Origin: Thalia democratica
Lineage: Eukaryota
Assembly (NCBI GenBank): GCA_965202585.1
Contig: OZ241829.1
Coordinates: forward strand, 48,174,001 to 48,238,000
Reading direction: 5' to 3'
DNA: 64,000 nt
The notes below the pieces were generated by a model. That model saw only the letters and a program-made list of their open reading frames with translations, did not search any database and was not told the origin of the DNA. Position numbers and translations under genes: made by a program. Every line of letters begins with the position of its first letter. Position 1 is the stretch's first letter. Below are positions 14,066 to 27,400 of the stretch, one piece after another.

Positions 14066-14295
14066 CAGGAGTCAGCAAACTTACACAAATAACGGACCTA
14101 ATTAAGAAAATACACTTTTAGTTCATTTGTAAAATAGAAAAAAAATGGTATAATTGCAAATGATTAATAAAGTAGTAATTAAATTAGTACCCTTATTTTT
14201 TCAATTTAATTTACTAAATAAGTAAATAACTTTTTTCGCATAAGATAAATCGCGACCCGGATATTTCCGCATAACTTATAGTTCGACGACTATTG
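14066..14295. mobile_element. Degraded hAT-like MITE
   Basis: CAGGAGTCAGCAAACT / AGTTCGACGACTATTG imperfect ends; flanks ATTTAGAC / CTTTAGGT (weak 8-bp TSD). Confidence 0.35.
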
Positions 14296-15460
14296 CTTTA
14301 GGTGAGCATATTTTATTTTGCTTTGGTCGAACAATACATAAACTATTTATGAATTATTAATACTTTGAGGTAGTCATATAGCTTTATGGTTTTTAATTCA
14401 ACCACCTTTTAGTTATTTATTGAGTGAAAATGATTCAGTTTCACAGTTAATTAAGTAAAAAACTAATGTTTTGCAAAATACTAACCAAAAAGTAAGTTAG
14501 AGCGGAAAACTTATTCATGTGTGTTTCTTATTTTTTGAAATTTTGAAAATTTTAAGACTTACGATCAATTTAAATTGACATTAAATATTAGCTTTTTTAC
14601 GTTTGTTGTTATCAATAGTTTTTTAAAATATGATTTGCAAAACTTATCACTTACTATAATTTACTTATATTTATACAACTTATCTAATCGAGTAGTACTA
14701 CCAACAAGATTTTATGAAAAAAAGTAAACGTTATTTAATTAAATTTTAAGTATGAATTTAAAAAATTTGAATAAAAACTTCTACTCATTTAAACTTTATT
14801 AGATATATAAACAGAAACATAGAACATTTTGATGTAAATAAAACTATAAGATGATCTTTAATCCAAAAACACATTTAAAACTTATTTTTTTAAATAATAT
14901 TATCAAAAAAAAGTAAATGGTAAATATTGTTAACAAATTGTAAAACTAATGAATTTTAAATATACTTTGAACGTCTACTATTTTCAATAAAGCTAATTCT
15001 TCCAGAAGAGTTTTTGTCATTTTCACAGCCCCAACATGTCTCCTAAAAATACAGACTAAGCTTTAGTTAAAAAATTAAATTCGAACAAAATATTTACAAC
15101 ATAACTGTTAATTTATTACAACTTATAATACTTTATCTTTTTTAGGTAGACTTAACTAAGCATATTTTAAACACCCCATAGTCTAATTTTAGTACAAGTA
15201 GGAAAAAGTTAAAAAAAAAATTACAGAATATTATTTTCCTTAATAATTACAATTCTAAAGTCATTTAAAATTTGCTCTAAGACAAAACTATCAATATTTC
15301 ATAGGCAGTGATATTTATTTTGATATAAAGTATTCAAAAAAATTGAGAGCTAAAATGATTTTGCTATTAGTTGTTGAATGTTTATAAGTTGATTTTTATT
15401 AGAAACTATAAGACTACCGTTAAATTTTCTATCTAAATTTAGTTTTAGCTTTGATAGTAC

Positions 15461-18400
15461 TTAATAATACTCGTCAACAAATAAACAAAAACACTTTACA
15501 TTAATTTCAGTCCAACAAACAGAGCAGTAAGGAATACCACAGTTATCTTTTTCACAATATATTAGAGGAGCTTTGTCTTCATCTGGTTCACCACAAACTA
15601 TGCATATTTCTCTTCCGATATTAAACCAACCGCAAACTGTTTTCACGCATTTATATTTTGAACACATGTCTCGTAAAAAGGAATATTTTCGCTGCAAAAA
15701 TTAATATTAACATATCGCTTTATTTTTTATGTATTAAGATACACTTAACACTACTACTTGTTGTATATATTTTAATTCTCTAAAAAACTACTTTGAGGTG
15801 AAACGACACAGCAAGTCTTTCAACAACTTTCTGAGTCTCCTCAACAAAGTTCTTCCTTCTGCCAAGCATTCTGTTATACAAATAAACAACTCTACGCTTT
15901 TCTTGCCTTCTGAATGAAAATCCCGCAATTTTGTGGCGGATTCTTGAAAAATATGTATCTAGAACCAAGCTTAACAGCAATACTGAATAACCGAGCGATA
16001 TTTGTATTACTAAGCTAGGATCTAACTTTTTAGGAGTTGGTAGACAACCTAATAAATACAGTATACTTGAATTATTATTACATTGTAATACTTATCAAAA
16101 ATTTCTGTTTTTTATAAACTTAATGAAAAACTAAGAATCAATAACTAAACTGTTTATAACTGTTTATAACTATTTAAATATTAAAAAACCCTTTTAAACT
16201 GCCAACTAAAAAAGTTTATTTCTACTTAAAAAAAAACTTCTTTTTTTGTTTGCATTTATTTAAAATTATTGCATTTTAAACACAAACCTTTATGTTTGTT
16301 TTTTGATTAATATTATTTCATGTTACTATAGGTTACTTAAGCTTTAGTTGTTAACATAATATAGAAAATGACTTACCAAGATTTGTTGTTGTGGAATTTA
16401 GGTAATGTTCATTTTCTTTAAAAGGTTTGAACAACTGTTTTAGAGTTTTAGCAATAGAACCATTTCCCTTTACGTTGACTGTGTTAATAGTTTAAATATT
16501 ATTAAGTTAAAATTTACAGAATTATTTTGTTAATAAGTTTATTATATACGAGCAACATTTTAATTCATTTAAATCAAAAAATGTTCTTGCCCTGGACAAA
16601 ACATTAAACTGTATCCGTGGTGTGTGACTCGATAACTAAAAGGTTTTTTCGTATACCAGGTCGTTGGCCCAAACATTTTGAGCGCTTTTTATTTTTGTAG
16701 TTTCATAAACAAGTATTTTATACATTCATACGTACGTAACAAATTTCAAAACTAGTTTACTCTATCATATATTTTAAAATAACACGGAAACATTCTTTTT
16801 AAAGCATGTAAACTACACTAAGCTTATTCAAGATAAATAATAATAATAAATAACAGGCCTGCTATCAGCTTAAAATAACTATGTGAGTTCTGCTCAAAAG
16901 TAAAAGTTTTACTAACAAAATTTATTATCTGTGTTACAAAATTTGTCTAAGTTTATTGTTTGGTAAGGATTGATAGGATTAGCTATAAAAATTGAACCGA
17001 AACTTCAAAAGCTTTAATATAACTTTTTACAAGCCGTAACACTTAATACTGCGTGAGAACGGTAAGATTTTATTTTAAATTTATAATTTAAATCTATTTA
17101 TAATGAATGTTAAACAAGGTGACGGATGCAAATATAAGTCGCTTCTGATTGGCTAATATTTTACTTTTTTTATTTTAAGTTTTTCCTCCTAAAACTTTTT
17201 CTCACGACTCTTTATTTTGGTTAGGTGGGCTAGAGATAAGGGTATAGATATTCTTAATATACTGCTGTATTATTACTTTACCTCATTTGCATAATGTTAT
17301 GAATGAAAATTTTCCGAAACCTTACAACTGCAGCCGACCCTTATACAAGCGGCTAAAAACTACTTTTAACACCTTAACTTAGAGATGTTCTTTTAAAACA
17401 ATATGAAAACTTGCTTTAAACGAGTAGAGTAAAAAAGCGTTAATGGTCTAAATTAAAGGATAAAAATAAGAAATCTAATTCAAAACTAATTAGTAAAAAA
17501 TAGTGAATGAAACAAAATTTGTACTTTTATAAAGATTTTAAATCAGAGATGAAGGATTATAGCAACCAAAGATTATTTTATTTTATAAATAAAATTACCT
17601 AGACGTGATATTTTTATTTTCTTTTTTCAAATCCTACCAAACAATCAGATGAAGGGTTATAAAAGGTAAAAGAAACAAAATAAAAGTCATCATGATAATT
17701 TTATTATAGTTTAAATCATTCAAAAACTTTAGTCTAAAACCTTTTAGTTTACTTTCTTAATTAGATATACATTATGGACCAACATAAAAACATATTCTAT
17801 CAGTTAGCTTCACTAAGCTTAACATGGTTTTTTTTTTTTTTTTGCTTTTTAAACCTTAAACAAAACTATCATACAATAAATTGTTTATTGAACGAAAAAA
17901 AAAAGCGCACAAATATTTGGTCCTAGGACCTAGTGTACGAAAAAACCTTTCGGTTATCGAGTCATACACCAGGATACAGTTTAAAGTCATGTCCAGTACA
18001 GGAATTTACCAAATGGGCGTAAATATTGATTAAACTACCTAACAAGAGGTACCATAGTATATTCAATCTTATTACATCAAACACTTTTAACAGTGTACAT
18101 AACCGAATGCTTTGAGAGTAGTTAAATTTGATTACAAACATTTTTGTAATTTATGAGTCGTTAGCGTCAACAACGTTGAGAAATTTTAACTTGATTTGAA
18201 TTTTATGCGCTTGTGATCTAATTTTTTAAATAAACTTAATATTTTATATAAAATACCTTTGTTTATTAACTTTCGATTAAAAACTATTTCAGCTATCAAT
18301 AGAAAAACGTAAATTTAAAGTTGATTTTTTTTTTAAAGAACATGTCAAACTTTTTTTTTTTTTTTTAAGAGGTAAAGGTTTAGAAGCACAGTCATCAAAA

Positions 18401-21400
18401 AAAATAAAGACACAGTTTTTATTTAGCCAATTCGGTTTTAAATTAGTTAAACAAACTCAATATATGTTTAGCCATAGTGTTGAAGCAAAATTATAATTTT
18501 TGTAAAATAACAATTGTTTGAAAAAAAATTATAAAACTCTAGGCAGATAAAATGACTATAAATACTTTTCGGTTATTCATCAGACTGATTAAAAGACAAA
18601 AAATAAATAACCTGATTAAATATCAAATGTATTTTAAACAAATTTAATTACTACTTTAAGAACTTTTAGCTAACCATCTAAACGATGAACTCCTTTGATA
18701 CTTTGTTCAGTTACAGCATACTTGGCTACCAGTTGAAAAATTAAATTGATCACATAATCTAAAGAGAAAACTAAACTGACGAAAAATATTTCTGTCATGA
18801 ATTGTAGAAACCTGAAAAACTGCAACATATTTAAAAAAAGATTTTATAATTAAAATCCTAATTTTGAAAATATGTTATTCACTTGTGCACGGGTGACAAA
18901 ATACAACATTTTCGTTAACTTTCAGATACTTATATTTAAAATGAAAAATTAGTTTCTAAAACCACTTCTAATATTTAATCAATGTTTTCTAAACAATTAT
19001 TAATGACAACATTAACTATAATTATAACAACTAACACCAACAATACGATAAGAGAACAACAATGACGTTGTATTATTATTATTAATTTAGTTATAATGAT
19101 TTCAATATATTTATAAAATTATTGTAAAAGGGTGCTAATCTAAAATAACTAAAGGTTTTGCAAACTTATTTCAAATATAAAAGTGTATATTAAATTTAAA
19201 AAAAACAGCTGAAGCTTTTCGTAATAAAACTAAAATTGCCACTTATTGAAAAAATAAATATTCAACTTAGTTTAAGGGCATTTATTAATAATATTTGCAG
19301 TTACCTTGAAGTATTATTATATTATGTTTTACTAATTAAACAAAGGTTTAAAAAACATATAACAAACCTAAATAAAGACACTTGATTTCATTTAGTACAA
19401 AATTGGCTTAACAATATTAGAATTTTTTTTAATATCAAAGAATAGCAAACATGTAAAATAAATGTTATAAAAATTAAAATGTTACAGCAAATTAAAGGTT
19501 TTCACAAGGTAAATTAATAACACGTAAATTCAAAATACTAGATTTTATCTTTGTAATATGTTATTAAAACGGCAACATCCGCGTAAACAAACTCAAAATT
19601 TTCACAGCTAAAAATTATCGTTAAGAACAAATGGTTTAAACAAAAACAAAACCAGAAGTCTATGAGCCAAACAATTGGTGAACAGTTTTTTGGCTTATTG
19701 CACCAACTTCTAACCTAAATCTTATATTTTTTAAAAACATACCAACTTTTTTAACTATGTTTTATCCTAAAAACCCTACATATTTTAATTATTTAACCAT
19801 TTTTAAACTTATTAATAATCATAAGTAGTCGGTTTTTTTTTTATTCAGGGGTTATCACTCTTTTAAGCAACAAAACTAGTCTGAATTTAAAGGTATAAAG
19901 AAGAAAATACTATATTTAGTAGTGGTAGCTAAGGTTTAAAATTGCAAAATGAACAAGTCTAAACAACGGGATTTTAATTGATCTAAAACACAAAACACAA
20001 AACACAAATGTTTTAACAGGTTTACATAAGTCAGTGTGAATTTATAAAAGTTATTGTAAAAAATAACCTTAGTAGTACAAAAACTCTAATTTAGCTTCAG
20101 TCACCCTAAGTTTTGCATTAAAGTTCATACCAGAGTGATAAAGTGGCAACTCAATACAATAAAACTACTATGAAATATACATACTATATTTGTTTATATG
20201 TTGTAGATTACATTTTAACTTAGTAAACTTGCTTAGAAATACTTTTCTACTCCATTTATATTTTTCATTTTTATAACAATCGAGTTTTTCAAAAAGCATT
20301 TTAAATGGTGCTCTTATTTTAATTTTCAGTAAACAGTAGTGAAAATTTCATCATAGGCACAAGTGATAATCTCGTGATCTATTTTTTAAAACAACTCGCT
20401 CTATATTTCTTTACTTGTTTAAAATTTAAGTTTATTTAGTTTATGTCTTATTTAGTATAAAAATGACAAACCAAAGCTCTTTTTTCCAAAGCTGTCATTT
20501 TAAACTGCAGTGTAGTGACAAGATCTCTTTTTTCAAGCTTTTTTAATGGTATTAGATGACGTTTGTTCTAGAGATATTCAAATAGTTAACACTAAGTTTA
20601 TAAATACTTCATAACTTATTTATATACTTTTATAAAAAAGTATACGTTTACCATTAGCAATAAATAATTAGTTCCCAAAGAACATGATTTCGCTCTCTTA
20701 TTTGGGAACTATTAAAGACTTAAAACTACGGTATTAAAATTTATTACTACAAGAGAAAACATTTTAAGTTATTTAAGTTAAAGTTTAGCTCTATTTTTCT
20801 TAAATTACTTAATAATTCAATCTTGATCAACTCATAAGTGTAATGTAATAAGGGTTTACTAATTTTTGATAAATTTAACTGTCTGCATTATATTTTGTTT
20901 ATATTCCACAACTTATCACCTGTATGTGTTCAAACCAAAACATAACTGTTTGTATTCGGCCATGTTTGGATTGTAATCACCTTGTTAAATGAAAAATGGA
21001 ATGCTGCATAGCAGACAATCAATTTATACATGTCAATAAAGAGAAACACACTTATTAAATAAACGTTCTAGTTATTTCTTAATATTTGCCTAAAAATTTG
21101 TTAAAGTCCTAAAAAATCAAAAACACTAGTATAAAAAACATGTACTCGGAAGGACTGTCAAATGAGTTATTACATTTTTTATACCATAGTATAATTTACA
21201 TTTAATTATATAAATTCAACTAGAGTAATATTAAGTACAACTACATCTACAAACGTTGTTATTTATTTTTTTAATCATAATGTTTTTGTTTCAAACTAAC
21301 TTAAAAACAGTTTTACGAACAAGTCTAACGATAAATAATATTAAGTATGTTTGCATTTATAAAACTTTGCTTAGCTATAATCAAAGAAAGTTTTGTGGCT

Positions 21401-24400
21401 TAAAATATCTTACGCTATCAAATAATATTTCAAAAAATATATCAACTAATCAATAAAAGAAAAATTACATTAGTCATATAGTAACCCTTTCCAAGAATTG
21501 AATTATATGTAAATATATAATTATTTCATTATCTGAACCACATATGACTTTAGTCAGGGTTGCCACTTTTTTTTTTTTTTTTTTTTTTCTAGGGTTTCCA
21601 AATTTTAACCAGGTTTTTAAAAGTATACATTTTTGGGTCTATTTTTAGTTTAAAATTAAGTTTAAGGTAAGAAACTGTGTTAAATAGTTTAAAAATATTG
21701 AAAAGATACTGTAAAGCCACTACTGTAAATATTTTTATTAATAAAAAAAAATTTGATAATGACAAAAAAATTTTATTTATATGATAGATATTTTGAGTAA
21801 AATCGAAATTTTCACTGAACACGTGAAAATTGTTAAAATCCCAGGTTTTTTTTTGCCTAAATTGTCAAATTCCAGGTTTTTCCAGGATTAAAGTGTATAA
21901 ATTTCTAGGTAAAGTGGCAACCCTTTTAAGTCTATCAAATTTGACAACATTTTACTTTCTTAACTAATAGTTGACAAATTATAAACATGCATTAAACAAA
22001 TTTCAAACTCTATAATATTTTTTTTGGAACCAGTTTATTAATTATTTCATTACTTTACTTTTACAAATTTAATTGAAAATTTAAACAAATTTGTAGTTTG
22101 ATAAACTTATAATAAAACTTTTATTCTAAATAAAAAGTTAAAAAAAATATCACAACTTACTTCATACTTTCGTTCATCGTCTTTTTTTCGAAAATAGCTT
22201 GTTATGTAATAATTGTCGTAGTCTAATCTTAACCGGTAAAGTTTCAAATACCTTGCTGCTCTAAAAAACAGTATTTAAATATTCTTAAAAAAAATTTATT
22301 ACAACACCTTTTACTATTAAAAATAGCAGTTGTTAAGGTTTACTTTTTGTAATTTCAAACATAACTAATATTTACTTTGATAAATTCTAAAATAAATTGT
22401 ATTACCAACATTAATATTTATTAATACTTTAAAAATTTATAAGTTTTTATACACATGAGAATTTTCGTGAAAACTCAACTACTCGTTTAGCATAAAAAGT
22501 ATACATTTTTACAACTTCAGTCTAACTTAGTTTTTTTTTTAAGAACTTATTTCTACAGGTTTATAAACAAAATAACTGATTTGTTTTAGTTTTAACTATT
22601 TTTTCGTTATCCAATGTTAATGTTGTATTTATAGAACAAATATCAATTAAACTCTATAACAGTAATACACTTTACAAGATGGTTCTCATAAAAATTCAGT
22701 TTTTTGGTGTTTTAGCATGAATTTTTAAGTTTTAGTTATTAGTTAATAATATATTTTAAAATAATAAAATTGTAATTTAAAAAGGTCACAACGTTTCGAA
22801 ACTTAAAAATTCAAAACTCTAATTAATAAAACTTTTAAATTGTCTCTGTTTTCCAGTAATCAAAAAAATAAAAGCATATGACTATAAATTTGAAATAATA
22901 TAAAATCACTCTAAAATTCTGTCTGAAATTTAATCTAAAGTATAGAGTTAAGAATACCAAAAGTGTTAAAAATTTAAAGTAATAAACTAAAATATCTTTT
23001 TTTTATTACACTAAACTGATGACAGTTTTTAAAGTTAAACCTGCATAAAATGAAGAAAACTTAGACAGACTTACATATGTGAGCTTCTTTAAAATTTGAT
23101 TTTGAAGCTTAAAAAATACTTTAAATTGTTTGTTTATGTTCTTAAATCATCTATTTCTTAAGACTTATAACTTTAGAAACAAGAACAGTTAAGTTGTAAA
23201 AAGTATCGGATATAAAATTATGTAAATCAGAGTTTCCCTAACTTTTTTTCATAAGACCCGTTCCAACAAGATTATTCAAAAAACTACACTTTAATACGGC
23301 TAAGAATTTTTTATTTTTCTTCATAATCAACTCCAGAATATCTAGTGCAAGTTTAAAGTTATTGCTTTGTGGCCCCCCTATGACGCCCACTTTGGCCCCT
23401 TAGCAGCTTATGGCCCCCTAAAGTTCTGAGATGGCTTCAAAAGGGGCTATATGACCCATTTTGAAAAACCCCGATGTAAATATAAAAGATACAAAGTAAT
23501 TAAAGTGGCCTTTTTAATAAAAACTTTAGCACTTTAATATGTAAAATATAATAATTTTAATTTCTATATGTTAACTATTATAAGTTTTATTTTAATTTCT
23601 TATTAAGGCCATAGGGGGGGGGGGGAAACACTTTTTTTACAAAAATTGACTTTGGCTTTTATACGAAAGCTTTAAATACAAACTACAAGCCAGTTTTTAT
23701 AGAATTCAAAAATATCATTTAACTTTTGAGATATTTTATTTTTTGTAAAAAGTTTCCGATACAAACGTATGGACCGCAAATTTTTCGGGGTCAATTTTCT
23801 CGAAAATTTCAAAAATCACTAAAAATCTATCTCCTTCATTTTTCAAGCAATCTTCTTCAAATTTTCAGGAAATGTTCCTTATATTAAAAGAAAAAAGCGT
23901 TACTTATGAATTTTATTTATTTAATAATTTAAAAAATTTATCACAAAAATTTAAAAAAAAAAGTGATTTTTTTTAAATATTTTTTTAACTCCAAAATAAC
24001 GTTTTTTTTAATTGTATAAAAATTAGATTGTGAAAGTTTGAAGAAGATTGCTGGAAAAATGAGGAGGAGATAGATTTTAAATAAAATAGTCTTTTTTTGC
24101 TGTTTTAGTTTTCCCTTCCCATAGGGAACCTATTATGCGGCCCAACTTTGACTGGTCATATCTCAAAAAATAACTCGAATTTTTTCAAACGATAAAAAGC
24201 ATCTTGAAGCTTAGAAAAAACTCTATATAATAAAATCAACTTGTAAAAATTATGGCTTATACCCTCTATGGCCTTAAACAAACGAAAAAAGTTTTGGATT
24301 ACATAAGAATTAAAACTATAAATAGATTTTCAGAAAATTCAAAAAACAATTTGAAACTGGAAAAAAGGTACCAATCGTCCAATCAATAAAGATTATAATG

Positions 24401-27400
24401 GTAACAATTTTTTTTTTTTTTATTTAATCATAACACAATTTACAATCACCCAGAACTATCAGTACATGAAATTTATGAATTTATATTGTCAGAATTTAAA
24501 TTTCAAGCATCCAAAATGTTTAAGCTTTAAATAAAACTCGGTGAGGACGAAAGATAGTGTGAAAGAATTTAGTATTTTATATGGAAATTATTGCTAATAC
24601 ATAAACACAAAAAATTGACCAAGTAAAGACTGAGAGGTTTGTAAAAAAATAAGAGGCCATGAACAAGGAGATAAAAAGTGTAACTAAAAGTGGTTTATTG
24701 TAACTATTTAAAAATGAATAAAAATATATGTTAAAAGCTAAACTACTAACAGGGTTGCCAAATGTTCTTTGAAATTTTCTTGGGTTTTCATAATTTCTTC
24801 CAGGTTTTTTTGGTCCAAATTTAGTATGAATAAATAAAGGTAAAAACTGTCTTAAATAGTATAACAATATTGAATACATATTCAAAGCTACTTTAAAAGT
24901 GTTTTGAAAAATAAAATTTTAGTGATAAACATTTTTGTTGTTCTATAATCTATACAATAGAATTTTCAAATCCAATCGAAATTCCATTACTTTACAAGTA
25001 AACAAACATTCTTTAAAATGCCAGGTTTTTTCAGTATTTTTAGCGATTTTGTTCGTAATTTCAAATTTTTTCAGATTTTAGCCTTTTAAAACTAAAATAA
25101 CATAATGCTTTGTTTGAAAAACGGCGTTTCTCTTAGCGTTTTATCTACTTAACAGGAATAAGCCTAAGAAATTCAGTATTCGCTAAACAAGACTAAGTAG
25201 AGTTGTTTATTTTCAATGGACAGAGAAACGCCCCTAGTTAGATGAAGTATTCACGTACTGAAACAGTTGTTTTGTTTGTAGAAATAAGTAAAAAAATAGC
25301 TTTAATAAAAATATAGTTGACTTATAATAGATACAACTTAATAACACTTAGTTTTTTTATTAATTCATTTTACACTAGATGTTAGGTTACCTTTAAAAAA
25401 AGCATGATAAAAATAAAGCAAATATTTTTTCGAATGGATATAGTTTAAACTAATTATATAAAGAGAACTCACTTGTAAACAATTAAAACTATTAACAACC
25501 CAACAAGTCTATAAAAAATATCTAGAGCCAGTTCATATCCAGCTCTAATGTTTTCAGATACTCTACTTAAACGCCTATCTACTTCTTTCAATGAAGTAAG
25601 AGTTTCTTCCTCATTGACTTCTTGAACCTTTATATCACAATTTTTTTATTTAAATAATGAAAATTAAACTCTTGTAAATCTAAAAGTAAGCTATAATTAC
25701 TTATAGTTTTTAAGCTTATCTTATATTGTGATCTTTTTATCTAGGCTACTACATCCTTTTTATTAATAAAAATAGTTTAAATTTCTGTTAAATTTAAAAA
25801 TTTTAATAAACACAAGAACTGAGTATAACAATTAACGTAATATAAGTTTTAAATTAACGTAGTAATTTAGTTTTAAAAATAATTTAAGTGTAGAGATTCA
25901 AACAAGTAGTGCTCATTAGAAAATCAAAATAACTGTTTTTGTGCGCAAATGTTTTGTTTATTTATGGCGTTTCCGTGCTAATAATATATGAAAAGCAGTT
26001 AAAATTAATTTTTAATTTTGAACTCCGTTTCACGGTTCATATAATAAGTGCAATGAAAATCTAAAAGTCAATAATTTTTCTTTCAATTAAGTCAATAAAC
26101 CACAAAAGTGTTACTATTAAGAACTGAGTATAGAAAATTTATTCTTACAGAAAAAATATAAGTTTTGAATAATACTTAAACTTTAGAAAAAAATATGATA
26201 TAGCATAAATAATTTTTATCAATCATAAAGCTTAAATTTAAAAAATTTTTACAAGTGTATTTTCTGAAAACTATGGTTCTTATTTTGTATTTCTTATTAA
26301 GCTAAATTTTCTGTATAGTGAAAATATTTTACACACTTCACTATTTTATTTCGAACTAAACATAAATGTTATCTTTAATTTCAATGTATTTGAATTTTGT
26401 TTAAACTTAATATAGTTATAATCAAATTTGCTTTTAACCTTTTGGGCATAGGGATATAAACTAATTTTTACAACTTGATTATACTTTTTAGATTTCTAAC
26501 TAAGCTAAACGTTTCTTTTTACACCTTTTTATTATTCAAATTAATTTTTGAGATATAGCAGATTAAAGTCGGAGAGTACAATAGGTTTCTTATGGAAGAG
26601 GAAAGCTAAAAATGTGTGTAAATAACAATTACCTAAAATCTATCTCATCCTACGTTTTTTGAGATAAATACGTTAATTTTTTTTTAAATTTTCCTTGCAG
26701 TATTCAGAAAAACGTTTCAGGAGGTAACTTTTAACTAAAAGTTTTTTACATTTTTTTTCAAAAATTTATATTTTGAATTTTAACTTGTTTTTCAAGATTT
26801 TCTAAATATAATTCTCGGATGCTGTTGTTGTTGATCTTGCGGTAAAGTTCATTGTTTATTATCGATTGCATAAAACATCTCAACTTCGTTGATGATGGCC
26901 GAAATAAATACTGGCTAAAACTGATCAAACGAGCGCAGACTACAATCTCACAACAAGCTGACAATGTCTGAGACGTTGGGCTGTGAATGATTTAGCTGTG
27001 TCATTTTTTCAACTTTACCCACAAACGATCGCTTCAGTACTTCGTACTTAAGCCCGCTTGTTTAAGATCACAATAGCGGTTTCTCGCGACTATTCCTGCC
27101 TGATGAGTCCTAATAAGGACGAAACCGGTCGTAGGATTGTCTCGGATGCTGTTGTTGTTGATCTTGCGGTAAAGTTCATTGTTTATTATCGATTGCATAA
27201 AACATCTCAACTTCGTTGATGATGGCCGAAATAAATACTGGCTAAAACTGATCAAACGAGCGCAGACTACAATCTCACAACAAGCTGACAATGTCTGAGA
27301 CGTTGGACTGTGAATGATTTAGCTGTGTCATTTTTTCAACTTTACCCACAAACGATCGCTTCAGTACTTCGTACTTAAGCCCGCTTGTTTAAGATCACAA

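Noticed and set aside
26888-26912. UUGAUGAU-GGCC-GAAA inside the 327-bp unit as a second hammerhead
   Set aside because: C3 is changed, stem II cannot form and no matching stems I/III were found.
26758-27291. Duplicated minus-strand ORFs MSACCEIVVCARL...
   Set aside because: By-product of the tandem repeat; no protein family resemblance.
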